A stretch of DNA of 32,215 bases from Macrostomum lignano (taxonomy: Eukaryota): positions 1-32,215 of the forward strand of contig NIVC01003002.1 in NCBI GenBank assembly GCA_002269645.1. Direction: 5' to 3'. Under the pieces are notes generated by a model that was not told the origin of the DNA, searched no databases, and saw only the letters and a program-made list of their open reading frames with translations. Made by a program: the position numbers and the translations under genes. Within the stretch, counting starts at the first letter, position 1, and each line of letters starts with the position of its first letter. Shown one piece after another: positions 21,520-31,919 of this stretch.

Positions 21520-24500
21520 CTCATGATTCATATGAGCTTGATCTCATGATTGTTATGAGCTTGATCTCGTGACTGTTATGAGCTTGATCTCATGATTCAT
21601 ATGAGCTTGATCTCATGATTGTTATGAGCTTGATCTCGTGACTGTTATGAGCTTGATCTCATGACTGTTATGAGCTTGATCTCATGATTGTTATGAGCTT
21701 GATCTCATGATTGTTATGAGCTTGATCTCATGATTGTTATGAGCTTGATCTCGTGACTGTTATGAGCTTGATCTCATGACTGTTATGAGCTTGATCTCAT
21801 GATTGTTATGAGCTTGATCTCGTGACTGTTATGAACTTGATCTCATGATTGCTATGAGCTTGATCTCGTGATTGTTATGAGCTTGATCTCGTGATTGCTA
21901 TGAGCTTGATCTCATGATTGCTATGAGCTTGATCTCATGACTGTTATGAGCTTGATCTCGTGACTGTTATGAGCTTGATCTCATGATTGTTATGAGCTTG
22001 ATCTCGTGACTGTTATGAACTTGATCTCATGATTGCTATGAGCTTGATCTCGTGATTGTTATGAGCTTGATCTCGTGATTGCTATGAGCTTGATCTCATG
22101 ATTGCTATGAGCTTGATCTCATGACTGTTATGAGCTTGATCTCATGATTGTTATGAGCTTGATCTCATGATTGTTATGAGCTTGATCTCGTGATTGTTAT
22201 GAGCTTGATCTCATGATTGCTATGAGCTTGATCTCGTGATTGTTATGAGCTTGATCTCGTGATTGCTATGAGCTTGATCTCATGATTGCTATGAGCTTGA
22301 TCTCATGACTGTTATGAGCTTGATCTCATGATTGCTATGAGCTTGATCTCATGATTGTTATGAGCTTGATCTCATGATTGCTATGAGCTTGATCTCATGA
22401 TTGCTATGAGCTTGATCTCATGATTGTTATGAGCTTGATCTCATGATTGCTATGAGCTTGATCTCATGATTGCTATAGCTTGATCTCATGATTGCTATGA
22501 GCTTGATCTCATGATTGCTATGAGCTTGATCTCATGATTGCTATGAGCTTGATTTCACTCTTCACATGAGCTTGATCTCATAATTGCTATGAGCTTGATT
22601 TCACTCTTCTCATGAGCTTGATCTCATAATTGTTATGAGCTTGATTTCACTCTTCTCATGAGCTTGATCTCATGATTGTTATGAGCTTGATCTCATGATT
22701 GTTATGAGCTTGATCTCATGATTGTTATGAGCTTGATCTCATGATTGTTATGAGCTTGATCTCATGACTGTTATGAGCTTGATCTCATAATACTTATGAG
22801 ATTGATCTCATGATTTTTATGAGCTTGATCTCATTATTCTTATGAGCTTGATCTCATGATTTTTATGAGCTTGATCTCATGATTCTTATGAGCTTGATCT
22901 CATGATTTTTATGAGCTTGATCTCATGATTGTTATGAGCTTGATCTCGTGACTGTTATGAGCTTGATCTCATGACTGTTATGAGCTTGATCTCATGATTG
23001 TTATGAGCTTGATCTCATGATTGTTATGAGCTTGATCTCATGATTGTTATGAGCTTGATCTCATGATTCTTATGAGCTTGATCTCATGATTTTTATGAGC
23101 TTGATCTCATGATTGTTATGAGCTTGATCTCATGATTGTTATGAGCTTGATCTCATGATTGTTATGAGCTTGATCTCATGATTGTTATGAGCTTGATCTC
23201 GTGACTGTTATGAGCTTGATCTCATGACTGTTATGAGCTTGATCTCATGATTGTTATGAGCTTGATCTCGTGACTGTTATGAGCTTGATCTCATGACTGT
23301 TATGAGCTTGATCTCGTGACTGTTATGAGCTTGATCTCATGACTGTTATGAGCTTGATCTCATGATTGCTATGAGCTTGATCTCATGATTGTTATGAGCT
23401 TGATCTCATGATTGTTATGAGCTTGATCTCGTGACTGTTATGAGCTTGATCTCGTGACTGTTATGAACTTGATCTCATGATTGCTATGAGCTTGATCTCG
23501 TGATTGTTATGAGCTTGATCTCGTGATTGCTATGAGCTTGATCTCATGATTGCTATGAGCTTGATCTCATGACTGTTATGAGCTTGATCTCGTGACTGTT
23601 ATGAGCTTGATCTCATGATTGCTATGAGCTTGATCTCGTGATTGTTATGAGCTTGATCTCATGATTGCTATGAGCTTGATCTCGTGACTGTTATGAGCTT
23701 GATCTCATGATTGTTATGAGCTTGATCTCATGATTGTTATGAGCTTGATCTCATGATTGTTATGAGCTTGATCTCGTGATTGTTATGAGCTTGATCTCAT
23801 GATTGTTATGAGCTTGATCTCATGATTGTTATGAGCTTGATCTCATGATTGTTATGAGCTTGATCTCATGACTGTTATGAACTTGATCTCATGATTGTTA
23901 TGAGCTTGATCTCGTGATTGTTATGAGCTTGATCTCGTGATTGCTATGAGCTTGATCTCATGATTGCTATGAGCTTGATCTCATGACTGTTATGAGCTTG
24001 ATCTCATGATTGTTATGAGCTTGATCTCATGATTGTTATGAGCTTGATCTCGTGATTGTTATGAGCTTGATCTCATGATTGCTATGAGCTTGATCTCATG
24101 ATTGTTATGAGCTTGATCTCATGATTGTTATGAGCTTGATCTCATGATTGCTATGAGCTTGATTTCACTCTTCACATGAGCTTGATCTCATAATTGCTAT
24201 GAGCTTGATTTCACTCTTCTCATGAGCTTGATCTCATAATTGTTATGAGCTTGATTTCACTCTTCTCATGAGCTTGATCTCATGATTGTTATGAGCTTGA
24301 TCTCGTGACTGTTATGAGCTTGATCTCATGATTGTTATGAGCTTGATCTCGTGACTGTTATGAGCTTGATCTCATGATTCATATGAGCTTGATCTCATGA
24401 TTGTTATGAGCTTGATCTCGTGACTGTTATGAGCTTGATCTCATGATTGTTATGAGCTTGATCTCATGATTGTTATGAGCTTGATCTCGTGACTGTTATG

Positions 24501-25412
24501 AGCTTGATCTCATGATTGTTATGAGCTTGATCTCATGATTGTTATGAGCTTGATCTCGTGATTGTTATGAGCTTGATCTCGTGACTGTTATGAGCTTGAT
24601 CTCATGACTGTTATGAGCTTGATCTCATGATTGTTATGAGCTTGATCTCGTGACTGTTATGAACTTGATCTCATGATTGCTATGAGCTTGATCTCATGAT
24701 TGCTATGAGCTTGATCTCGTGATTGCTATGAGCTTGATCTCGTGATTGCTATGAGCTTGATCTCATGATTGTTATGAGCTTGATCTCATGATTGCTATGA
24801 GCTTGATCTCATGATTGTTATGAGCTTGATCTCATGATTGCTATGAGCTTGATCTCATGATTGCTATAGCTTGATCTCATGATTGCTATGAGCTTGATCT
24901 CATGATTGCTATGAGCTTGATCTCATGATTGCTATGAGCTTGATTTCACTCTTCACATGAGCTTGATCTCATAATTGCTATGAGCTTGATTTCACTCTTC
25001 TCATGAGCTTGATCTCATAATTGTTATGAGCTTGATTTCACTCTTCTCATGAGCTTGATCTCATGATTGTTATGAGCTTGATCTCATGATTGTTATGAGC
25101 TTGATCTCATGATTGTTATGAGCTTGATCTCATGATTGTTATGAGCTTGATCTCATGACTGTTATGAGTTTGATCTCATGATTCCTATGAGCTTGATCTC
25201 ATGATTTTTATGAGCTTGATCACATTATTCTTATGAGCTTGATCTCATGATTGTTATGAGCTTGATCTCATGATTTTTTGAGCTTGATCTCATGATTCTT
25301 ATGAGCTTGATCTCATGACTTTTATGAGCTTGATCTCATGATTTTTATGAGCTTGATCTCATGATTCTTATGAGCTTGATCTCATGACTTTTATGAGCTT
25401 GATCTCATGATT
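21520..25412. repeat. 23-nt satellite (ATGAGCTTGATCTCATGATTGTT), about 169 copies, filling about 98% of intron 21450-25426
   Basis: Direct tandem repetition. The unit has a short internal inverted repeat (ATGAG..CTCAT). Variant blocks recur at about 22551, 24161 and 24942. Confidence 0.97.
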
Positions 25413-25426
25413 TGCCAGCAACTCAC

Positions 25427-25743
25427 TCCTCCCAGAAGCTGCAGCACCTCTGTCCATCCTCCTCCCGCAGCAGTACACCTGGTCCTCCCGGCCCGGCTCG
25501 ATCGGGCACACGAACAGGCCATAGACAGTTCGGTTCCGGTAGAGCCACGGCTCCACCACAGAGCTGTTGTGCTCAGCCGGCAGGTCGTCAATCACGTTGA
25601 AGCAGAGGGTGGCGCTGTCGGAGTAGTCAGAGTGGCGTCTCCGCCAGTGCCAGGAGGAGAAGAAGATGCCGCTGGTGTAGGCGCGCCTGTTCACGCGGTA
25701 GCTGACATAGTTGGGGGAGGGGGTGTACAGGGGGTAGTCACGA
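25427..25743 (-). CDS. Shisa-like gene A, exon with the Cys-rich ectodomain (C*C*CC*CC). Apparent 1-nt deletion at 25464-25466.
   Basis: Acceptor aaatatag (25744), donor GA|gtgagt (25426). Reads RDYPLY..ATLCFNV..FVCPIEPGREDQVYCCG; restoring one G continues EEDGQRCCSFWE and puts the exon in phase with the TM exon (317+1 nt). The six-Cys pattern is typical of Shisa-like/WBP1/CX single-pass proteins. Confidence 0.8.
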
Positions 25744-25964
25744 CTATATTTAGCTTTCAAAGATAACCTAATTTAGGACGGGAAACTTCGTTTCTTAGAA
25801 AGTCATGAATGTTGGTTCTAAGCGTCCTTTCCGTGACTGGCCATTTTTATTGTTTCATTAAAGTGAAATTCAAATACTTTTCAAGAAACTATAATTGTCA
25901 CGTCCTTTGCTTTTACGAGTACACAGGCCATCCTGCGTTACAGGTGTTTAAGATTCGAACTCAC

Positions 25965-26115
25965 GAGAATCGTTTGCTGACCAGTAGAGACATAGTGCTG
26001 TAGCCACTGCCTCTAGAAGAGCCATAGCGACCGCTGCTCCTACTGCCGCTGTACCTACTGCTGTACCTGCCGCCGCTGAACCTGCCACCGCCTCTGGCAC
26101 CTGAGCTGCTACCGG
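25965..26115 (-). CDS. Shisa-like gene A, Gly/Ser/Arg/Tyr-rich exon following the signal peptide
   Basis: Acceptor cacacgcag (26116), donor TC|gtgagt (25964), phase 1-2. Reads (A)GSSSGARGGGRFSGGRYSSRYSGSRSSGRYGSSRGSGYSTMSLLVSKRF. Confidence 0.78.
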
Positions 26116-26146
26116 CTGCGTGTGATCGAGGAGAGGCGATTTTAAT

Positions 26147-27120
26147 CATGACAATCTACCTGACTCACTGCATGACAATCTACCTGACTGACTGCATGAC
26201 AATCTACCTGACTCACTGCATGACAATCTACCTGACTCACTGCATGACAATCTACCTGACTCACTGCATGACAATCTACCTGACTCACTGCATGACAATC
26301 TACCTGACTCACTGCATGACAATCTACCTGACTCACTGCATGACAATCTACCTGACTCACTGCATGACAATCTACCTGACTCACTGCATGACAATCTACC
26401 TGACTCACTGCATGACAATCTACCTGACTCACTGCATGACAATCTACCTGACTCACTGCATGACAATCTACCTGACTCACTGCATGACAATCTACCTGAC
26501 TCACTGCATGACAATCTACCTGACTCACTGCATGACAATCTACCTGACTCACTGCATGACAATCTACCTGACTCACTGCATGACAATCTACCTGACTCAC
26601 TGCATGACAATCTACCTGACTCACTGCATGACAATCTACCTGACTCACTGCATGACAATCTACCTGACTCACTGCATGACAATCTACCTGACTCACTGCA
26701 TGACAATCTACCTGACTCACTGCATGACAATCTACCTGACTCACTGCATGACAATCTACCTGACTCACTGCATGACAATCTACCTGACTCACTGCATGAC
26801 AATCTACCTGACTCACTGCATGACAATCTACCTGACTCACTGCATGACAATCTACCTGACTCACTGCATGACAATCTACCTGACTCACTGCATGACAATC
26901 TACCTGACTCACTGCATGACAATCTACCTGACTCACTGCATGACAATCTACCTGACTCACTGCATGACAATCCACCTGACTCACTGCATGACAATCTACC
27001 TGACCCACTGCATGACAATCTACCTGACACACTGCATGACAATCTACCTGACTCACTGCATGACAATCTATACCTGACCCACTGCATGACAATCTACCTG
27101 AAACTGCATATCTATCTACC
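26147..27120. repeat. 24-nt minisatellite (CATGACAATCTACCTGACTCACTG), about 40 near-identical copies, filling an intron of Shisa-like gene A
   Basis: Direct tandem repetition. The core is essentially invariant, with variants mainly at the high-coordinate end. Confidence 0.97.
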
Positions 27121-27138
27121 TGATACTGTACTACAATT
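27120..27138 (-). CDS. Predicted 19-nt microexon of Shisa-like gene A (NCSTVS + G)
   Basis: Flanked by gtgcacag (27139) and CAG|gtagat (27119). It converts phase 0 to phase 1, exactly what is needed to join the signal-peptide exon to the next exon, giving ..LLLAI-NCSTVSA-GSSSGARGGG. Confidence 0.55.
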
Positions 27139-27186
27139 CTGTGCACATTAAAGAACCTGGAACAACAGCAGCAACTGGAATCTTAC

Positions 27187-27240
27187 GATAGCCAGCAGAA
27201 GAATGAGGACAATAAGACAGTTGATAAGCTCCAGTTTCAT
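27187..27240 (-). CDS. Shisa-like gene A, first coding exon (signal peptide MKLELINCLIVLILLLAI)
   Basis: ATG at 27240 in an aaacATG context, a hydrophobic run, donor ATC|gtaaga (27186), and an upstream acceptor-like tttgttcctttttag ending at 27297. Not in the ORF track. Confidence 0.75.
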
Positions 27241-27432
27241 GTTTTACGATCAGCAAACAATCTTTGCCACACTGCAATCTTCAGCTTTGCTGAACTCTAA
27301 AAAGGAACAAAAATGTTCTTCGCTCAACTACTTGTATGGGACACCTCCCTGCCCTCTCCAGCACTTCTATAGCGGAGAAGGGGCAGAATCGATAATGGCT
27401 GCTCTGTCCCCGGGGGTGAGAGTTATAGAGGT

Positions 27433-27446
27433 GTTGCCATGACAAC
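27433..27446. promoter_or_regulatory. RFX X-box-like motif GTTGCCATGACAAC upstream of Shisa-like gene A
   Basis: 14-bp near-palindrome one base from GTTGCCATGGCAAC, fitting the RTHNYY-WT-RRNRAC consensus, about 190 bp 5' of the ATG. Confidence 0.55.
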
Positions 27447-27930
27447 GGAGTCGCCCTCCCCTCTCACTGCACTCTCGTCCTCCCGGTTTCTCTCCCACGT
27501 CTCACTCGCTGTCCTTCCCTGTTCCCCAAAATAAAATGGGAGTACAAAAACGCGAAATAATACATTTACAAAAGACTTAACGCTTTAACGAACATTATAT
27601 TTTTATTTCGTTGGATTTAATCTACCTTACTAAAAGATATGGTTTCTTTTCACAGAGACAGCGCTATGCAAATGCTGTTAAGCCAAAGGGAGAAGAAAAT
27701 TTGTTTTTTGATTTGAGCGATAAGACACGGCTGGAAAGGGAAGGAGTTTTAAAATAAAGCACAAAAATTAGCGTACGACTGAATATTTGTAAAATACAAA
27801 AGCGATACACGAGGCTAAATTATATATTCGAGCCTGATGCTGCTGCAACTTGACTCTCAAACTATAGTTCAGATCACCGAGGATCGTTGGGGACCTCTGA
27901 GGATTATTAGGGATCTCTATGAAATTACTT

Positions 27931-28081
27931 TGAGAATCTCTGAAGATCTTTGAGAATCTCTGAAGATCTCTGAGGATCTCTGAAGATCTCTGAGGATCTC
28001 TGAAGATCTCTGAGGATCTCTGAAGATCTCTGAGGATCTCTGAAGATCTATGGGAATCTTTGAGGATCTCTGAGGATCTCA
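27931..28081. repeat. 10/20-nt microsatellite (ATCTCTGAGG/ATCTCTGAAG)
   Basis: Direct tandem repetition that grades into the adjacent complex satellite. Confidence 0.92.
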
Positions 28082-30900
28082 TATATTTCTAGAGATATCT
28101 CTAAGGATCCCTATGGATCTATGGCGATCTCATATATTTCTAGAGATATCTAAGGATCGCTAGAGATCTCTGACGATCTCAAACATTTCTAGAGATATCT
28201 AAGGATCGCTAGAGATCTCTGGGGATTTTTGGTGGGTCTCTAGGTATCCCTGGGGATCTCAAATATTTCTAGAGATATCTAAGGACGCTAGGGATCTCTG
28301 GCGTTCTCAAATATTTCTAGAGATATCTAAGGATCGCTAGAGATCTCTGGGGATTTTTGGTGGGTCTCTAGGTATCCTGGGGATCTCAAATATTTCTAGA
28401 GATAACTAAGGATCGCTAGGGATGTCTGGCGATCTCGAATATTTCTGGGGATATCTAAGGATCGCTAGAGATCTCTGGGGATTTTTTGGGGGTCTCTAGG
28501 TATCTCTGGGGATCTCAAATATTTCTAGCGATATCTAAGGATCGCTAGGGATGTCTGGCGATCTCGAATATTTCTGGGGATATCTAAGGATCGCTAGAGA
28601 TCTCTGGGGATTTTTTGGGGGTCTCTAGGTATCTCTGGGGATCTCAAATATTTCTAGCGATATCTAAGGATCGCTAGGGATGTCTGGCGATCTCGAATAT
28701 TTCTGGGGATATCTAAGGATCGCTAGAGATCTCTGGGGATTTTTTGGGGGTCTCTAGGTATCTCTGGGGATCTCAAATATTTCTAGCGATATCTAAGGAT
28801 CGCTAGGGATGTCTGGCGATCTCGAATATTTCTGGGGATATCTAAGGATCGCTAGAGATCTCTGGGGATTTTTTGGGGGTCTCTAGGTATCTCTGGGGAT
28901 CTCAAATATTTCTAGCGATATCTAAGGATCGCTAGGGATGTCTGGCGATCTCGAATATTTCTGGGGATATCTAAGGATCGCTAGAGATCTCTGGGATTTT
29001 TTGGGGGTCTCTAGGTATCTCTGGGGATCTCAAATATTTCTAGCGATATCTAAGAATCGCTAGGGATGTCTGGCGATCTCAAATATTTCTGGGGATATCT
29101 AAGGATCACTAGAGATCTCTGGCGATCTCAAACATTTCTAGAGATATCTAAGGATCGCTAGAGATCTCTGGGGATTTTTGGTGGGTCTCTAGGTATCCCT
29201 GGGGATCTCAAATATTTCTAGCGATATCTAAGGATCGCTAGGGATGTCTGGCGATCTCGAATATTTCTGGGGATATCTAAGGATCGCTAGAGATCTCTGG
29301 GGATTTTTTGGGGGTCTCTAGGTATCTCTGGGGATCTCAAATATTTCTAGCGATATCTAAGGATCGCTAGGGATGTCTGGCGATCTCGAATATTTCTGGG
29401 GATATCTAAGGATCGCTAGAGATCTCTGGGGATTTTTTGGGGGTCTCTAGGTATCTCTGGGGATCTCAAATATTTCTAGCGATATCTAAGGATCGCTAGG
29501 GATGTCTGGCGATCTCGAATATTTCTGGGGATATCTAAGGATCGCTAGAGATCTCTGGGGATTTTTTGGGGGTCTCTAGGTATCTCTGGGGATCTCAAAT
29601 ATTTCTAGCGATATCTAAGGATCGCTAGGGATGTCTGGCGATCTCGAATATTTCTGGGGATATCTAAGGATCGCTAGAGATCTCTGGGGATTTTTTGGGG
29701 GTCTCTAGGTATCTCTGGGGATCTCAAATATTTCTAGCGATATCTAAGGATCGCTAGGATGTCTGGCGATCTCGAATATTTCTGGGGATATCTAAGGATC
29801 GCTAGAGATCTCTGGGGATTTTTTGGGGGTCTCTAGGTATCTCTGGGGATCTCAAATATTTCTAGCGATATCTAAGGATCGCTAGGGATGTCTGGCGATC
29901 TCGAATATTTCTGGGGATATCTAAGGATCGCTAGAGATCTCTGGGGATTTTTTGGGGGTCTCTAGGTATCTCTGGGATCTCAAATATTTCTAGCGATATC
30001 TAAGGATCGCTAGGGATGTCTGGCGATCTCGAATATTTCTGGGGATATCTAAGGATCGCTAGAGATCTCTGGGGATTTTTTGGGGGTCTCTAGGTATCTC
30101 TGGGATCTCAAATATTTCTAGCGATATCTAAGAATCGCTAGGGATGTCTGGCGATCTCAAATATTTCTGGGGATATCTAAGGATCACTAGAGATCTCTGG
30201 CGATCTCAAATATTTCTAGAGACATCTAAGGATTGCTAGGGATGTTTGGCGATCTCAAATATTTCTGGGGATATCTAAGGATCGCTAGAGATCTCTGGCG
30301 ATCTCATGTATTTCTAGGGATATCTAAGCATCGGTAGGGATCTCTGGGGATTTTTTGGGGGTCTCTAGGTATCTCTGGGGATCTCAAATATTTCTAGAGA
30401 TATCTAAGGATCGCTAGGGATCTCTGGCGATCTCATATTTTTAGAGATAACTAAGGATCGCTAGGGATGTCTGGCGATCTCAAATATTTCTGGGATATCT
30501 AAGGATCGCTAGAGATCTCTGGCGATCTCAAACATTTCTAGAGATATCTAAGGATCGCTAGAGATCTCTGGCGATCTCATATATTTCTAGGGATATCTAA
30601 GTATCGCTAGGGATCTCTGGGGATTTTTTGGGGGTCTCTAAGTATCTCTGGGATCTCAAATATTTCTAGAGATATCTAAGGATCGCTAGGGATCTCTGGC
30701 GATCTCATATTTCTAGAGATAACTAAGGATCGCTAAGGTCTCTGGCGATCTCATATATTTCTAGGGATATCTAAGCATCGGTAGGGATCTCTGGGGATTT
30801 TGGGGGTCTCTAGGGATCTCTGGGGATCTCAAATATTTCTAGGGATATCTAAAGATCTCGAGAATATTTGGGTAACTCTGAGAATCTCTGAGAGGATCTC
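28081..30900. repeat. Complex satellite with a 129-bp higher-order unit (49+49+31 nt) made of about 10-nt submonomers
   Basis: GATCTCAAATAT recurs at 28511, 28640 and 28769 (period 129). Edges are dominated by less regular 49-mers. Confidence 0.95.
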
Positions 30901-31037
30901 TGAGAATATTTTAGCAAAATGACATAAGGATTTCTGCTGACTAGAGTGTTCCAGAGAAATCAAATCCTTGAGAATCCAAAAACCCTGCCCGAGTCCCTGA
31001 AGATCCTGTCAAGTCGCTCAGCTCATTGCTGAGCGCC

Positions 31038-31326
31038 TTATCTCCGACTAACCGCCCAGTACGGAGGCGGCGGCGTGTCGGGTTGTTGCGGATAATCGAC
31101 ATCCATCTGCTGGCGCCGCTGCCTCTCGTCCCACATCTCCTCTAGCACTGTGTCGTATCTTGGCGGAGATTCTGGTTTGTCATCTTGAGCTGCTTCTGGT
31201 GCTGCTGCTGTAGACGATGATGATGAGGCTGCTGCTGCTGCACCAGCTTCAGCTGCAGCCGCTGGTTGCTCCGCTGTGGCACCTGGATTGCCTCCAGCAT
31301 CTGCCGAATGCTCTTCGACTTGGTTT
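31038..31326 (-). CDS. Shisa-like gene B (paralog), terminal exon: Ala-rich cytoplasmic tail with two PPxY motifs
   Basis: Acceptor atcatcttcttcgcgcag (31327), phase 2. Open frame NQVEEHSADAGG..ESPPRYDTVLEEMWDERQRRQQMDVDYPQQPDTPPPPYWAVSRR* (1+288 nt). It ends in the same PPPP-(A)-YW motif as gene A. Not in the ORF track. Confidence 0.82.
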
Positions 31327-31527
31327 CTGCGCGAAGAAGATGATTATTTATGACACATGCATGAGGTACGAGTAGTATGGATCATTCCTGTCTCTAAATT
31401 CTGTCACAAAGTTAAATCTAAAAATATTTCCCTGAAAATGATGCTTTTAGAAGCTCTTAACTTCAAACTTCTTGTACATGTACTAACCAACTTCCAAAGC
31501 TTAAAAGATGCCTAACTTCATATTCCT

Positions 31528-31660
31528 CCAAGTTTAACATTCTCCAAGTTAAACATTCTCCAAGGTAAACATTCTTCAGGCTAAACATTCTCCAAGGTAA
31601 ACATTCCCCAAGCTAAACATTCCCCAAGTTAAACATTCCCCTAGCTATAAACATTTCCCA
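31528..31660. repeat. 16-nt minisatellite (CAAGTTAAACATTCTC), about 8 copies, in intron 31327-31792
   Basis: Direct tandem repetition with substitutions. Confidence 0.85.
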
Positions 31661-31792
31661 ACTTCATACTTCACTATCAAGTTTTAAAATATCCCAAAAA
31701 TTTGGTCAGTTTACAACCAAGGACCACTAGGAACTCTTCGATGTAGTCTAGTCTGTCTAGTCTAGTAGTCCTTGGTTGGAAATTTTACGAAC

Positions 31793-31903
31793 CTTCTGAC
31801 GCCGCGGGACCTGACGCAGGCCTGCCAAAGGCGGATCGAAGCCACGAAACCGGAGGCCAGACAGCACACCAAGCCGAAGGTTGCAGAAGCGACCCGGGAC
31901 GCG
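31793..31903 (-). CDS. Shisa-like gene B, transmembrane exon
   Basis: Acceptor ccaaccacccag (31904), donor AG|gttcgt (31792), phase 2-2 like the gene A TM exon. Reads ASRVASATFGLVCCLASGFVASIRLWQACVRSRGVR. The upstream exons lie outside the window. Confidence 0.72.
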
Positions 31904-31919
31904 CTGGGTGGTTGGGTGG

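Noticed and set aside
21520-25412. CRISPR-like appearance of short, partly palindromic repeats
   Set aside because: Units are contiguous with no unique spacers, there are no cas genes, and the context is a eukaryotic intron. The same applies to all other arrays here.
26142-27146. Three long ORFs (334, 313, 309 aa) of 8-aa repeats such as DCHAVSQV, SCSESGRL and MTIYLTHC
   Set aside because: They are translations of a 24-nt satellite whose unit lacks stops in several frames. The array is near-invariant and sits between valid splice sites of Shisa-like gene A.
5587-31903. Apparent ubiquitin/SUMO-system gene cluster (RBR ligase, USPL1-like, PPxY adaptors)
   Set aside because: Such genes are numerous in animal genomes, there is no evidence of shared regulation, and synteny cannot be tested here. 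Treated as coincidence.
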